DNA of 63,798 nucleotides, filler included, from Octopus bimaculoides (taxonomy: Eukaryota), in the NCBI RefSeq assembly GCF_001194135.2. It is 7 parts of 7 records of this genome, joined end to end, with 100 filler letters (N's around TTAATTAATTAA, not from the genome) between each part and the next. Parts side by side here need not be neighbours in the genome. Positions count along the whole stretch, not along the records: positions 1 to 15,063 come from NC_068983.1; 6 more parts are not named here. The stretch is one strand, 5' to 3'. Shown in pieces: positions 1 to 12,038 of the stretch. The translations under genes were made by a program, and so were the position numbers. The notes under the pieces were generated by a model. The model made no database searches. It worked only from the letters and a program-made list of their open reading frames with translations, and had not been told where the DNA came from. Numbering within the stretch: position 1 is the stretch's first letter; the number at the start of each line of letters is the position of its first letter.

Positions 1-329
1 ATATATATATAGGAAAATGTGTGAGATCCGTGGTACGGTTAGATATATTTGATATGTGTGCAACATCGTGTATTTTAGCATTTTCGGTATTTTTTGTGTC
101 TGTATCCGTATATGCCTTGTGTGGATGTGCATTTCATGGGTTCTTGTATACTTACATTGTAAGCATGGATGTATATGCATTCGTAATGCACATATACCTA
201 TGTATACACATATTTTATATACACAAGTGTATATATATATGAATATTGTATTGTTAAAGTGTGAATGGGTTTATACATGTGTTTGTTTCCACAGATATGT
301 ATGTACATGCATACATGTATGTCTACGTA

Positions 330-363
<34 letters not shown>

Positions 364-1307
364 GTACTGACTCAAGAATGTGATTAATATTTAAGTACTA
401 ATTAATGGACAGTGCATGCTTAAAATTTTATACTGTTTCAAATCGAGCAGTTGGAACTTGTATCAGTTTAATTTAGTTATGCTTTTCTCTTTTAAATTTT
501 TAATATTCTTATGCACCGTACTTCAACATTCCATGCAATGGTTAAAACAAAACTTATAAATAGAATATGAATTTTGTGAAATTTTATCTAAATTCATATT
601 TTATTTTTATTTACATATTTATCTATTTGTGTTTGTGCTTTTTTTCTTCTTCTCTACAACCAGAATATTTTAGCAAGCAATTTAATTTGTTTGCAATAAT
701 TTCAGATATAAATTTATACATTGGAAAACATATGAACTAAATATGACAAAAAACATTATTGAAATACACATCCTATTTTCTGCAAGAAGTTATTATTAGG
801 GTGGGTGAAACGTATTGTTTAGTTTATTGAACTCGCCTTCTATATCACACGAAGTGGAAACTTTCTGTCTCGGTTTGTCTGAGGTAAAATTTTTAATGAC
901 ATAGCAATTAGATGTGTTGGCTGGTGCTTGCTTTGAATTATTCACTAATCTACGAATTTGATTTCTTTTAACTCAATGCATCGTAACATTAGCTGAACAA
1001 GGATGGCTTGTTAAAAACTTGGGGTAGCTATAAATATATTGTATTCTATGCTCAAAATAGATATTTTAAGGGAAATATCTTACAGACTTCTACAACATTT
1101 TACTTGATTGACCATGCAAATTAAAGTTAATCAGACCGATTATATGGCAAACAAAATTTTCAATATCCAAATATATTTTTATAACCTTTATCGAACTTTC
1201 GAAAGAGCAAATGTTAATCTTTTGGACAGTTGTAAATTAATAGGCTAATGTATTCTATCTTGAGATATATTTCTTTATTGTTATAGATTTTTTTTTTGCA
1301 TTTTCAG

Positions 1308-1372
1308 CATCAGTGCTCAGTGCACTAAAAAGAAGAATGAGAAAACAGGATAATCAAATGTATATGCACTGG
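1308..1372 (+). CDS. Possible orphan internal exon (xSVLSALKRRMRKQDNQMYMHW), gene unidentified
   Basis: Strong T-tract + ttttcAG acceptor and GTAAGT donor around a 65-nt segment open in one frame. No partner exons or homology recognised. Confidence 0.3.
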
Positions 1373-1489
1373 GTAAGTTGTTCACAGGCCCTCAGGTCTA
1401 GGTGGGTGGGGGAATACTAATTCATGTAAGCTATCATCATCATCATCACCAGCACCATCATCATCATCGTCGTCGTCGTCGTCATCATC

Positions 1490-1905
1490 GTTTAACGTCC
1501 GTTTTCCATGCTGGCATGCGCTGGAAGGTTTGACCGAGGACTGGCAAGCCAGAAGGCTGCATCAAGCTGCATTAGGCTCCAATATGATCTGGAAAGTTTA
1601 CTACAGCTGGATGCCCTTCCTAATGCCAACCACTCCGAGAGTGTAGTGGGTGCTTTTTATGTGCCACAGGCATGGGAGCCAGTCAGGGGCACTGGCATTG
1701 ACCCACGCTCAAATGGTGTTTATTACGTGCCACCAGCACGGAGCCAGTAAGGCAGCACTGGAATTAACCACGTTTGGATGGTGCTTTTTATGCGCTACCG
1801 GAATGGGAGCCAGACAGGGGGCATTGGCATCGATCCACACTCGAATGGTGCTTATTACGTTCCACCTGCACGGGTGTCAGTCAGGCGGCACTGGCATTGA
1901 CTACG
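1490..1905 (-). mobile_element. RTE-type LINE 3' UTR / RTE-tailed SINE fragment with about four ~63-65 bp internal tandem units and (GAT)n tail
   Basis: Same 3' end (..catggaaa.cggacgttaaacgatgatg) and core (tacagctggatgcccttcctaa) as the copies at 27978, 38340 and 43120. Confidence 0.8.
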
Positions 1906-2009
1906 ACTACAATTTCCCTTGATTCTACAGGTCTTCACAAACAATTTCACTTGATTCAAGGAGTTCTGGTACATAGTTTTACTGAAGGACCAATAATCGT
2001 TTCGACTCT

Positions 2010-2635
2010 AGGAATAAGGCCCGAAATTTTGGGGGAGGCGGCCAGTCAATTAGATCGACCCCAGTACACAACTGGTACATAATTTATCAACTCTGAAAGG
2101 AATGGCAAAGTTACCCTCAGTGGAATTTGAACTCAGAACGCAAAGACAAACAATATACCACTAAGCATTTCACCCAGCATGCTAATATTTCTGCCAGCTC
2201 ACCGCCTTATGAATAGTTAAATAATGTCAATGTGATATAGAAGCTACTGCAATGCTGTATACATGAAAGGCGATTTTCTTATAAAAAGTGAAAAGAAAGA
2301 GATAGATAATAAACAAGTATTTATGGCTTTTTATTCTGGAAATTTCCAAGTATTTATCTATTAATACTCTGGAAATGCTACCCAAGGGTCAGACACTGTG
2401 CAAGAACTGGGAATTAAAATTATTAATTGTTTAATATTTTGACATAAGGCTCACAGTATCAGGGGAGATTATACCTAATTACTTTGATCCCAAGACTCAA
2501 CCGGAACTAATTTCATTGATCCGAAATTGATGAAATGCAAATTCAGTCTTGATGAAATTTGAACTCAGAACCCAATGAATTAGATGAAATACTATTTGAT
2601 ATTTATTCTGTTCTAACGAGTCTGTGAGCTTGCCA
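2010..2635 (-). mobile_element. Two tandem tRNA-headed SINE remnants (family D; about 2010-2208 and 2445-2635)
   Basis: Shared gaatttgaactcagaac (reverse B-box region) and body shared with + copies at about 26795-26960 and 61600-61805. Confidence 0.65.
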
Positions 2636-2678
2636 CTTTCAATTATGATGATTAATGAAGTGCTGTTTCACGTGCATA

Positions 2679-2835
2679 GGCGCAGGAGTGGCTATGTATT
2701 AAGTAGCTTGCTTACCAACCACATGGTTCCAGGTTCAGTCCCACTGCGTGGCATCTTGGGCAAGTGTCTTCTACTATAGCCTCGAGCCGACCAAAGCTTT
2801 GTGAGTGGATTTGGTAGACGGAAACTGAAAGAAGC
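2679..2835 (+). mobile_element. tRNA-headed SINE family A, 5' half
   Basis: ggcgcaggagtggct..ggttcagtcccactgcgtggca.cttgggcaagtgtcttctactatagcc..ggatttggtagacggaaactgaaagaagc, repeated many times in the window. Confidence 0.8.
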
Positions 2836-2836
2836 G

Positions 2837-2896
2837 GTAGTGGTTAAGAGTGCGGCCTACTAACCCCAAGATTCAGAGCTTGATTCCAACCAGTGA

Positions 2897-2937
<41 letters not shown>

Positions 2938-2998
2938 TCAATAACATTGAAAAATACCTTAGGAATGAGAACCCAGGTTCGAAATTTTCACAAGACAC
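2837..2998 (+). mobile_element. tRNA-head/(AAT)n/hammerhead composite element, copy 1 (cut by N gap at the ribozyme stem I)
   Basis: gtagtggttaagagtgcggcctactaaccccaagattc.. then (AAT)n then ..ccttaggaatgagaacccaggttcgaaatttt.caagacac, matching 14431-14622. Confidence 0.8.
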
Positions 2999-4661
2999 NN
3001 NNNNNNNNNNNNNNNNNNNNNNNNNNNNNNNNNNNNNNNNNNNNNNNNNNNNNNNNNNNNNNNNNNNNNNNNNNNNNNNNNNNNNNNNNNNNNNNNNNNN
3101 NNNNNNNNNNNNNNNNNNNNNNNNNNNNNNNNNNNNNNNNNNNNNNNNNNNNNNNNNNNNNNNNNNNNNNNNNNNNNNNNNNNNNNNNNNNNNNNNNNNN
3201 NNNNNNNNNNNNNNNNNNNNNNNNNNNNNNNNNNNNNNNNNNNNNNNNNNNNNNNNNNNNNNNNNNNNNNNNNNNNNNNNNNNNNNNNNNNNNNNNNNNN
3301 NNNNNNNNNNNNNNNNNNNNNNNNNNNNNNNNNNNNNNNNNNNNNNNNNNNNNNNNNNNNNNNNNNNNNNNNNNNNNNNNNNNNNNNNNNNNNNNNNNNN
3401 NNNNNNNNNNNNNNNNNNNNNNNNNNNNNNNNNNNNNNNNNNNNNNNNNNNNNNNNNNNNNNNNNNNATATATATACACATAATACATAAATAGATGCAC
3501 ACACACACATACACACACATATAAAAGTATAAAGGCATGCCTATTTCTTTGGATCTTCCCATTACACACTGCATGAGCGAAACCATATGGAAGCTGACAT
3601 CAACAGAACATTTTCAACTGAATCTAGATATCTCCACAATCTCTGCATTTCAATTAAATCATTTACTACATTTTTGTTCCTGAAGCTGCCTGCAGCACGA
3701 TGCATTCATATATCCAAACAGAAAACCTAACATGTGGTAGCATGTATGTAAGATGTCACCATTTTGAAAACACATATAAAGAAGTGAGAAAACTTTGATT
3801 TGGAAGTTAAAAAAAAGATAAAATTGCAACTTTTTTTATATTAAATCTTACACTGACAACTTTTTATATATTTCGAAATAATTTTGTGCCATCAAGTTAA
3901 CTTGGTTTTGTAAATGACCTTCAACTTTATTTAGTTTAACCAGGAAAAATAATTTTAAAAAATGTGATTACATCTTAGAGAAAATACTCGCATAAAATGT
4001 TAATCAAATTTGCACATTGCAAATATTTCTTTGTTTCATTGTAATGAATGTTAACTCAAAATGTTTTCTTCTTATTGGAAATTCTACAGAATTTTTTTCT
4101 TCCAATACTGAATGTTGGTCTTCATGCAAATGTTTACCATATTTGACCATTCAGGCGTTCATTACGAAATATATTAGAGGGTGTTTATTAAGTTAACAAG
4201 CAACTGTTTTGTTTCGGTTTCAGTTATATTGCGGACACTTTTTTCTTCGGAAAGACAGAAGATAGAGTGAATTGGTCGAGGAGCAATATGCATTTCTGTA
4301 GTGATAAGTCTTAAAAAATTTGTCAGAACCAGGGTTTACTCAATACTCTGCAAAAGTGAGAAAAAATATTCTTTTTCTTGTTTCAGTCATTTGAAAGACA
4401 ACCAAAGACTGAATATTGCAGTCCTAGATAAATTATTCCCAGAAGCAACATGGTTCACATGCATCTACTAAGCGTTTGATCATAGGTCTTCACGATCATG
4501 GACGATCGGGGATAAACAAGAGTCGATCATATTTTTAATTCCAGGTTGTCTTAATTTATAGATTTCTAATAAGTCAATAACCTAAATTACCAGACAGAGG
4601 GATATACATTATATACATTATTTACATTTGACAGATATTTGTTCTCATTTTGTTTGTTGTT

Positions 4662-4706
4662 AACACAACGTTTCAGCTGATATACCATCTAGCATCATCA
4701 GGTGTC
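4662..4706 (-). ncRNA. Minimal type I hammerhead ribozyme motif (core intact, stem II degenerate)
   Basis: Minus strand reads gacac-CTGATGA-tgctagatggtatatcagct-GAAAC-GTT-gtgtt. Stem I gacac/gtgtt, palindromic ACGT stem III without loop. Confidence 0.6.
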
Positions 4707-4775
4707 TTGGGGAAATTTTGAACCTGGGTTCTTATTCCTAAGGTATTTTTCGATGTCATTATTATTATCATTATT

Positions 4776-5017
4776 CAGTAGTTTTATTTTTATAATGTGC
4801 TTTCACTTCACTACCGAGCGCAACTCTGTGTGCCTTTGGTATGTGCTGTGGTTGGTTGTGATGCTCTTATGGTTATTGTATTGAAAGTGTTTTGCGTAGG
4901 ATGTGTGCAGTGCCCAGTAGTGCAATTTTCTGTATGTTATATATATTTGTAAGTCCTGGTGATTTTGTTATGTATTTGTCTGAATATTTTTTTTATCATA
5001 CCTAAGGCGCCTACGAC
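4776..5017 (-). mobile_element. R4/Dong-type (restriction-like endonuclease) non-LTR retrotransposon 3' end
   Basis: Minus frame TKSPGLTNIYNIQKIALLGTAHILRKTLSIQ* matches the typical C-terminus of R4/Dong ORFs. Flanked on both sides by (TAA)n. Confidence 0.75.
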
Positions 5018-5052
<35 letters not shown>

Positions 5053-5055
5053 TTA

Positions 5056-5098
<43 letters not shown>

Positions 5099-5258
5099 TA
5101 TTGTTCAGATTACTGCTTGGAATCAAACTCGGAATCTTGGGATTAGTAGCCCGCGCTCTTAACCACAACGTCAAATGTAAATAATGTACATAATTCCCCA
5201 TCTCTTAAATATAGAACTGTAACACACATGGATGTTTGTATGTATGCTTATACATATA

Positions 5259-5486
5259 CTGGGTTGTCTGGAAAGATCGTCCCAATTGTTAAAGGAAAGA
5301 AAAAGGTCAATAAATACTTGCCATTGCATTTTTAATCAACCAAATATGAACCATTTTGTTGCACTATGCGTCTCCATCTTTCCTTTAACTTGAAAATACC
5401 CTCTTCCCAGAATTGAGGTGGTTTCATGGCTAATAAGTCAAAAGGTAAGCTACTATAAACCGGCACGAACTTTCCGGACAACCCAA
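5259..5486. mobile_element. Internally deleted mariner / Tc1-mariner MITE
   Basis: TIRs ctgggttgtctggaaag / ctttccggacaacccaa with TA on both sides. Minus strand encodes EEGIFKLKERWRRIVQQNGSYLVD*, a mariner transposase C-terminus. Confidence 0.8.
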
Positions 5487-5530
5487 TACACATACATATA
5501 TATACATTCATGTATGTTTGTGTGACAATT

Positions 5531-5830
5531 GCCCGGTGGTTAGGGCAGCGGATTTGCAGTCGGAGGATCGCGGTCTCAATTCCCAGACCAGGCGTTGTGT
5601 GTGTTTATTGAGCGAAAACACCTAAAACTCCATGAGGCTCCGGCGGGGTGGGGAGATGACCCCTGTTGTACTCTTTCACCTGAACATTCTCTCACTCTTT
5701 CTTCCTGTTTCTTGAGTAAAGCTGCGATGGATTGGCGTCCTGTCCAGCCGGTGGGGCAACACATATGTCATAGAAACCGGGAAATGGGGCCCATGAGCCT
5801 GGCTAGGCTTTAAAAGGGCGCAAAAATAAA
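5531..5830 (+). mobile_element. tRNA-headed SINE with V-domain-like core
   Basis: Head gcccggtggttagggc..cgcggtctcaattccc, central ctgcgatggattggcgtcctgtccag resembling the V-SINE core, A-rich tail. Confidence 0.55.
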
Positions 5831-6867
5831 ATAAATATATATACATTTGCCTACATACATGTGAGTTCTTATATATGTACACATAGGTAGGCACATATGT
5901 ACAAGTAAGTATATGTGCATTTGTGTATCTAACATCCATCAATAATCTGCAACAAATGCAAATTCGAATTAAACGCTCACCAGCTTTACCCTGTATAGTG
6001 ATCCCCAATTATATACGTTAATCAATGCAAAATAAATGAGCGACTATCATTCAGTAAGAATCATTTGTTATCAGTAGCAAGTTACATCAAAGTGGATAAT
6101 TACAAGAACATGTATCATCTGTTGATGAGTTAATTACACTGGAAGTCTGCAACTGGATGTCTCTCCTGAATGCTGACATTGTTTTCCCCTAGCTGTTAGA
6201 ACAAGAACAAGTTCAATCAGATGCTTAGAATTATTGATTAGTTTCCTATTAGATGAAATGGCCAATCAGAGCATTGAAAGAAATATAATATAGCTAAGTC
6301 GGTTCGTTCGATATTTATTGAGCATTGCTATTTAGTGAAAAATCTTTACATTTATACATTTGTTGTTGTTTTTTTTTCTTTATCATTTATTTGTTGTTAT
6401 ATATTTTTATTTGAAGTGTCTGCTATCAGAAGAATCTCGGGTGCCATTTCATTAGTTACGAAGTACGGTTGGGGGTTTATGGTTTGACAGTGGTTCTGTG
6501 TTTATTGTGTTCACAGAAAGAGAAGATTATGAACAGATGATATAATCAGAGAAATTACATTGGAAAACTAATTAAAAGCCACAATGATATTTCCGTCTAC
6601 ACATACTGACACACACATGCACTCCATCCTCGTCTCACTCATTACTCTATCTGGCTGCAGTTATGATCTTACATATAATTCTCATTATTAAAATCTTGCT
6701 AATTTTTTATTAGTTAACCACAATAATAACAATGACTTTTCATTAATAAAGTAAAGGGACGTAACTAAATACCACATGGTAGTATGTCTGACTCTGCTCT
6801 ATCAACTGTTCTAAATGATAATAATAATAATAATGATAATAATAATAATAATGATAATAATAATAAT

Positions 6868-7207
6868 TATAGAGCAAAAAATTGGTACGACTACAAACCT
6901 GAAGGCATTGTCGAAAATAGAAATGCAAAGATCCAATGGGATTATATGATTCAATGCGACCATGAGATAGAAGATAGGAAGCCAAACATAGTCTTAATTG
7001 AAAAAAGAAAACAGACTATGCTGGATCATAGATATAGCATGCCTAGTTGACAACAAGGTATGCGATAAGGAAGAAAGAAAAGTTGAGAGATATGAGAGGT
7101 TAGCTTGGGAGGTTAAGTAGTTGTGGTCGATGGAAAAGGTAGCAGTAGTACCAATAATTGTCGGAGCTCTGGGAACAGTGTGCAAAAATCTCGAGAAGTA
7201 CGTAGAA
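6868..7207 (+). mobile_element. R4/Dong-type non-LTR retrotransposon, RLE endonuclease fragment (frameshifted, one stop)
   Basis: WYDYKPEGIVENRNAKIQWDYMIQCDHEIEDRKPNIVLIEK..CWIIDIAC..KVERYERLAWEVK*LWSMEKVAVVPIIVGALGTV, a PD-(D/E)xK-type RLE pattern. Begins directly after an (AAT)n tract. Confidence 0.8.
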
Positions 7208-7470
7208 CCTTATTCAGGGACCTTTTGAGCAGGATGGGTTACTGGACCTAAAGAAAATTCTAACTGGGTCCCACCTGCGAGGTCATGCACTGTTTATCTT
7301 GATATGAGATCACCATGTTACGCACATATGGTTGTGATACACGTGCCTGGTGTACCCTTATCAGGCGAGTAGTCTTGATGGGTATATTGGGCTTCGTATA
7401 TTTTACCCCAGTGTCACTTTGATGGCATGCACTGCTCTCTCACTCAATAATAATAATAATAATAATAATA
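7208..7470 (+). mobile_element. 3' part of an (AAT)n-tailed dispersed repeat (second copy at about 60965-61480, minus)
   Basis: About 240 bp similarity to the reverse complement of 60970-61210. Ends in (AAT)n. Confidence 0.7.
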
Positions 7471-8635
7471 ACCCCTTGAAAATGCCGAAAAAGCTATAGT
7501 ATGTGCCATGCAGTAAGGCTGAACCTGATATTACATGTTTTCTAAAACGAGCTTCTTATCCACACAGCCATACCTAAACCTATGGAAACCTGTTGACCTC
7601 AGCAGGATTTGGACTCAGATAACAGAAGCAGAACAAATAGGTATTCTATTTGTTCTAATGATTTCACTGTCAATTTGCCAGTAGCTAGAACTTTCTTTTA
7701 TGACGTACTTTACCCCATTTTTTTCATTTTTGAAGAATAGTCCCATATTGAGAATTATTTTTCTTACTTGCAATACTGACAAGAACTATTTTTGGTATTG
7801 TCTGTGTTGTGAAAACTGTTTGGCTAATGCTGGTATTTGTGTTTACACTACAAATGTGTTCGTTTCTGTTTATCTCTGTATTTTCTGAAATGTCAATACC
7901 TCTGTTCATGTTTACAATTGCATCTCTTTGTTTAATTCTTATTTTTTATGTCAGTACTATTTTTAAACATGTGTTATTTTCACAGTATTCAACTTTTACC
8001 TTTTTAAATCTTAAGGGTATAAAAACTGCATGTAAATGAAATTACAAAATAAAACATAAGGAATGTTCAGAAGCAGAAACTTTTTTTCCATCTTAAAGAG
8101 TATCAGAAAAAAAAAGAAAAAATAAAGCACGGCTTTCAATAAAGTGCTGGTGTTAATGCTATTGTATTATTTCCTCCTTCCATGTTCTTGGTCTTGTCCC
8201 TGAATTAGAATCCATTATATTATCATTTCTTTTATTTGCCCCTCTGATATCAGATAATGGGAACATGATAAAGTTAGTTTACATGTTGTAAGGTTGACTT
8301 TCATAAAATCAGATAAAAGAAAAGTAATTGTAATATAAATATACGTGAGTATAGGTATTTATTTACAATGCTGATATATGAAGATCTCAGTTAAAGCCAG
8401 TCAGAGAAACCCACAGATCCAAGATTACTCTAATCACCAAAAGTAAGTACTTTCTCCCAGATGTTGTCATATGACTTGTGTGTATGTGAGCTGGTAAATG
8501 TCTGTGATTATGTCCCATAGGTTAATGATACAAAAATATATATATATATATAAAATTGCTAAACTAAGGACTGGATTTCACAACAAAGAAAAATAATTAG
8601 GACTGAGATCAATATTAAAGAGAAGGGTAAAGAAT

Positions 8636-8958
8636 CCCTTCGGTCATGAATGACCATGATGGGATTGCACCTATAACATTACCCCGTGAGGCACAAGTTC
8701 AGGCAAGGATTTTTTATGGAAGTCCATTAGTCACCCATGCATACCAATCTCTCCTCTCCACATCACCGATGTTATCCAATACAAAGGTAAAGGCTGATAC
8801 AGCTTGGTATCAGTGATATCACAGCTAGTTTCTACAGCTGAGTGAACTGGAGCAATGTGAAACAAAGTGTCTTGCTGAAGATAACAACATGCAACCCAGT
8901 CCAGGAATCGAAATCACTACCTCATGATTGTGAGGCCAATGCTCTAACCACTGAGCCA
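8636..8958 (-). mobile_element. tRNA-headed SINE family C (other copies about 12530-12834 minus, 31572-31885 plus)
   Basis: Head atggctcagtggttagag..gttcgaa/at.cc and shared body (..cagctgtagaaa..ccttccc..gtgcctca..gcaatcccatgg.cattcatgaccgaaggg). Confidence 0.75.
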
Positions 8959-9809
8959 TAAATTACTGACTAAAACCCTTAAAGGTGGTGCTCCAAAAAA
9001 GCTACAATCTAATGAGTGAAAGTGAAAGTGAAAGTCTAGTGAAACTGTAATTACTCAAGATCTCTTGCTACTCAACTTCATTATATTATATAATCACAGT
9101 AAAGAGAGGTAGTATTTTTAAGCTGAACCACCACAACCCCAGCCTTGGTAGGATACTGATATACTATATATAGAGTATGGTAAAGTATGGACTTCAATTG
9201 CCACCATCCATGCAGTGTAAAGAGAAGGATTGCTCAGTGTCTAAAATATCGAGCAAAGAATATAAGTAGCGATCGTGATACACACCACAAAGAAATGATC
9301 AAGCTCAGTAACAATCTATTAAGCAGCAACTAACGAAAAAGCATAATCACCGCTCCAATTATGAAGAAAAGAGAGGATGAAACCAATAAGCTGTCCACCC
9401 TATGTGAAAGGCCTGTATATATTGTAGTGTATGGATATATGGTAAAGTATGGAAATGCTGACAAGTAATATTTATAGCCACTCTAATATGGCTGTCCATT
9501 CGAGTGGACTATATTGTGATTTTTTAGCCCCAAATGGACATGTCCTTTAGCTGGTTAACGATGCACAGCTGTATCTGATAAAACTGCGGACAAGGGAGCG
9601 AACCCCTACTGCCTTCTAGCGATGGGACAAGTAGACCGGTCCTGGTTTTGGGTTATTTCTGCTACTGCTCAGTATTGGACACCTTGTCTGCTAGAGATGA
9701 CAGCAGCATGCCTCTGCATGCAATATATAGAATTGTTAGCACGCTGGGTTAAATGCTTAGCCATATCTTTCGTCTGCCATTACGTTCTGAGTTCAAATTC
9801 TACTAAAGA

Positions 9810-10085
9810 TTTGGTAGACGGAAACTGAAAGAAGCTCGTTGTATATATGTATATATATATATGTATGTGTGTGTATATGTTTGTGTGTATGTTTGCCTCC
9901 CCCCCCCCAGTATTGCTTGACAACCGATGCTGGTGTGTTTACGTCTCCGTAACTTAGCAGTTCGATAAAATAGACCGATAGAATAAGTACTAGGATTATA
10001 AAGAAAAAGTCCTGGGGTCGATTTGCTTGACTAAAGCAGTACTCCAGTATGGCCACAGTGAAATGACTGAAACAAGTAAAAGAGT
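9810..10085 (+). mobile_element. SINE family A, 3' half (other tails about 11212-11350 minus, 23460-23600 minus, 58790-58968 minus)
   Basis: cttgacaaccgatgctggtgtgtttacgtc..gaataagtactagg..gtcgatttg..cagcatggcc.cagt.aaatgactgaaacaagtaaaaga. Confidence 0.8.
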
Positions 10086-11659
10086 ATGCTTTGTACATAT
10101 AAGTATACCAGCCTACGGGTGCAATAAAATGAGCTCGTGGGTGCAATTGCACCTCTGGGCTGGGGTTTCCCCATCCCTGTTCTAGATAATGCTGCTTATT
10201 CAACTACAAACTTAAGATAGAGTGGTATTAATTATCTATTTTAAAAGAGGTTAACATTGACTAATAGAGGGTCTCGACTGAATGCTGAACAAAATACATA
10301 TCAGAGGTTTTGAGCTCTGGAGTTTAATCTTCATTGTTTACACCCTTAGTGTTATAGTCTGTAACTTTAATATGCCATGACACAGAACATATGCGGATAT
10401 ATATTTGCATAAAACAGCGTTTGTGTGTATATTTTAATGTGAAAACTTATGTGTAAGTGTTGTGCACATGGAAAGTAAATAATAAATTGGAATGGTATAA
10501 AATGCACGATTGAATTTTTTTTTTAAAAATGTATATCAGAATTTTGTGTGTTTTGACGAAGATTTTTTTATTGTGTAATATAATTTCATGAAAAATATTT
10601 CAACAAAACCGTTCAATATCGACTTTCAGACTGTCAATTTAATCATTTATTTTGCCAGCATTTATGTTTTAATATTTCTAATATGTAATTTGATCTGATA
10701 TAGTGAGCTTTAAATGTTTCCCAAAATCCAAATTAAAATTATTTATTGCTTTCTTGGTGTGCCATAAGATTAGATTGCACCATTTCTACTCAGCTTACAG
10801 CATCCTGTTATTGATTATTAATGATAAAACAAAAAAAAAAGTTGTTTTTTTTTTAATTTGACTGATAAAGTATTTAAACTTTCTTATTTGAAATTCTTAT
10901 CTATGGCTTCACCAACATCATTATCATCATCATCGTCATCGTCATCGCCGTCGTCATCATCGTCGTCGTTGTTGTTTTAATAGATGTATAGTCCAGACAA
11001 GATAATCATAGGTTTGAATTACAAGTCTGCTTCCCGGCTTATAAAGTCATTGTCCCAAATACAGTATTAAATTATCACTTTTCATATACTCAGATGGTCA
11101 TTGATAGACAGAAAGAGAGAGAGAGAGAGAGACTGAAAGAGAAGGATGAAGATCTGTTAAATGCATCCTAGTTGCTGGGAATCAATATCTTATTTATAAG
11201 CTGCATAATATATTCATTTTACTTGTTTCAGTCAATTAACTGTGGCCATGCTGGAGAACCGCCTTTTAGTCGAATAAATCGACCCCAGGACTTATTCTTT
11301 GTAAGCCTAGTAGTTATTTTATTGATCTCTTTTGCTGAACTGCTAAGTTATAGGGAACTTCTGGTTCACCAGACCTCAGTCAAATCGTCCAACCCATGCT
11401 AGCATGGAAGGCAGATGTTAAACGATGATGATGAGGATAGATCTGACAGAGTAATCTTAAAGCTAAAGGAGTAAAGACACCATCAAACTAACACAAGAAT
11501 TCCCTACAGGGTTGTTTGGCCATTTAGAAATGGTGCTCATGCCATCACGATTTCAATTTCAATTGCCCCAACAGGTCTTCACAAGCTGAGTTTAGTGTCC
11601 AATGAAGGAGAAGTTGGCATGGGTGCCAGTCGTCGAATTTGGTTCGATTTCGATTTAAT

Positions 11660-11849
11660 ACTTCTTTATTCACATTGTTTTCAATGAATCATGCATTATT
11701 TTGTAGCTTTGAGATTTCAATGATATGCTCGTTTTACTTTTAGAATGACATTGTAAGGCAGGCATAAGAGGCCTGATCTAGTCAGTTTCAACATAAAACT
11801 GGTAGAATATTTTAGCTGGATATGGCTTGTTTCAATGCTAAAGGGTTAA
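11660..11849. mobile_element. piggyBac-type MITE remnant (related copies about 27110-27335 and 29220-29387)
   Basis: Terminus aatgctaaagggTTAA (CCCTT TIR start with TTAA target). Body shared with copies starting accctttagcatttaa. Confidence 0.55.
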
Positions 11850-12038
11850 TACTGCTTTTGCGCTCAAACCTTCTCTGGTCATCAAAACCATAAACTCCCA
11901 ATCTTATTTTAGGCTTATTCTATTTAGAATTACATTATCCATTATCCATTTTATACACTGGCATAGTGCTGTGTGAGTGTTAGATATTGCAGGTTGAGTG
12001 TGAGCATGAGACACCACTCATTGACTTGTTAGCTTTGG

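Larger units (their letters stand above)
4598..5220 (-). mobile_element. tRNA-head/(AAT)n/hammerhead composite element, copy 2, interrupted by an R4/Dong fragment and followed by an inverted copy of its own tail (5167-5220)
   Basis: Head at about 5100-5166, hammerhead core at 4662-4706, (ATGTAAATA)-type tail at about 4605-4630. Tail sequence repeated in opposite orientation at 5169-5220. Confidence 0.8.

Noticed and set aside
2850-3586. Long ORFs in the track that span N gaps (also 17348-18180, 21911-22817, 46957-50176 and others)
   Set aside because: Length is produced by X codons, and the readable parts are microsatellite or TE sequence.
7724-8039. Minus-strand exon-like segment with a good acceptor near 8025 and GTAAG donor near 7767
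   Set aside because: Stops occur in all three frames between the acceptor and the open part.
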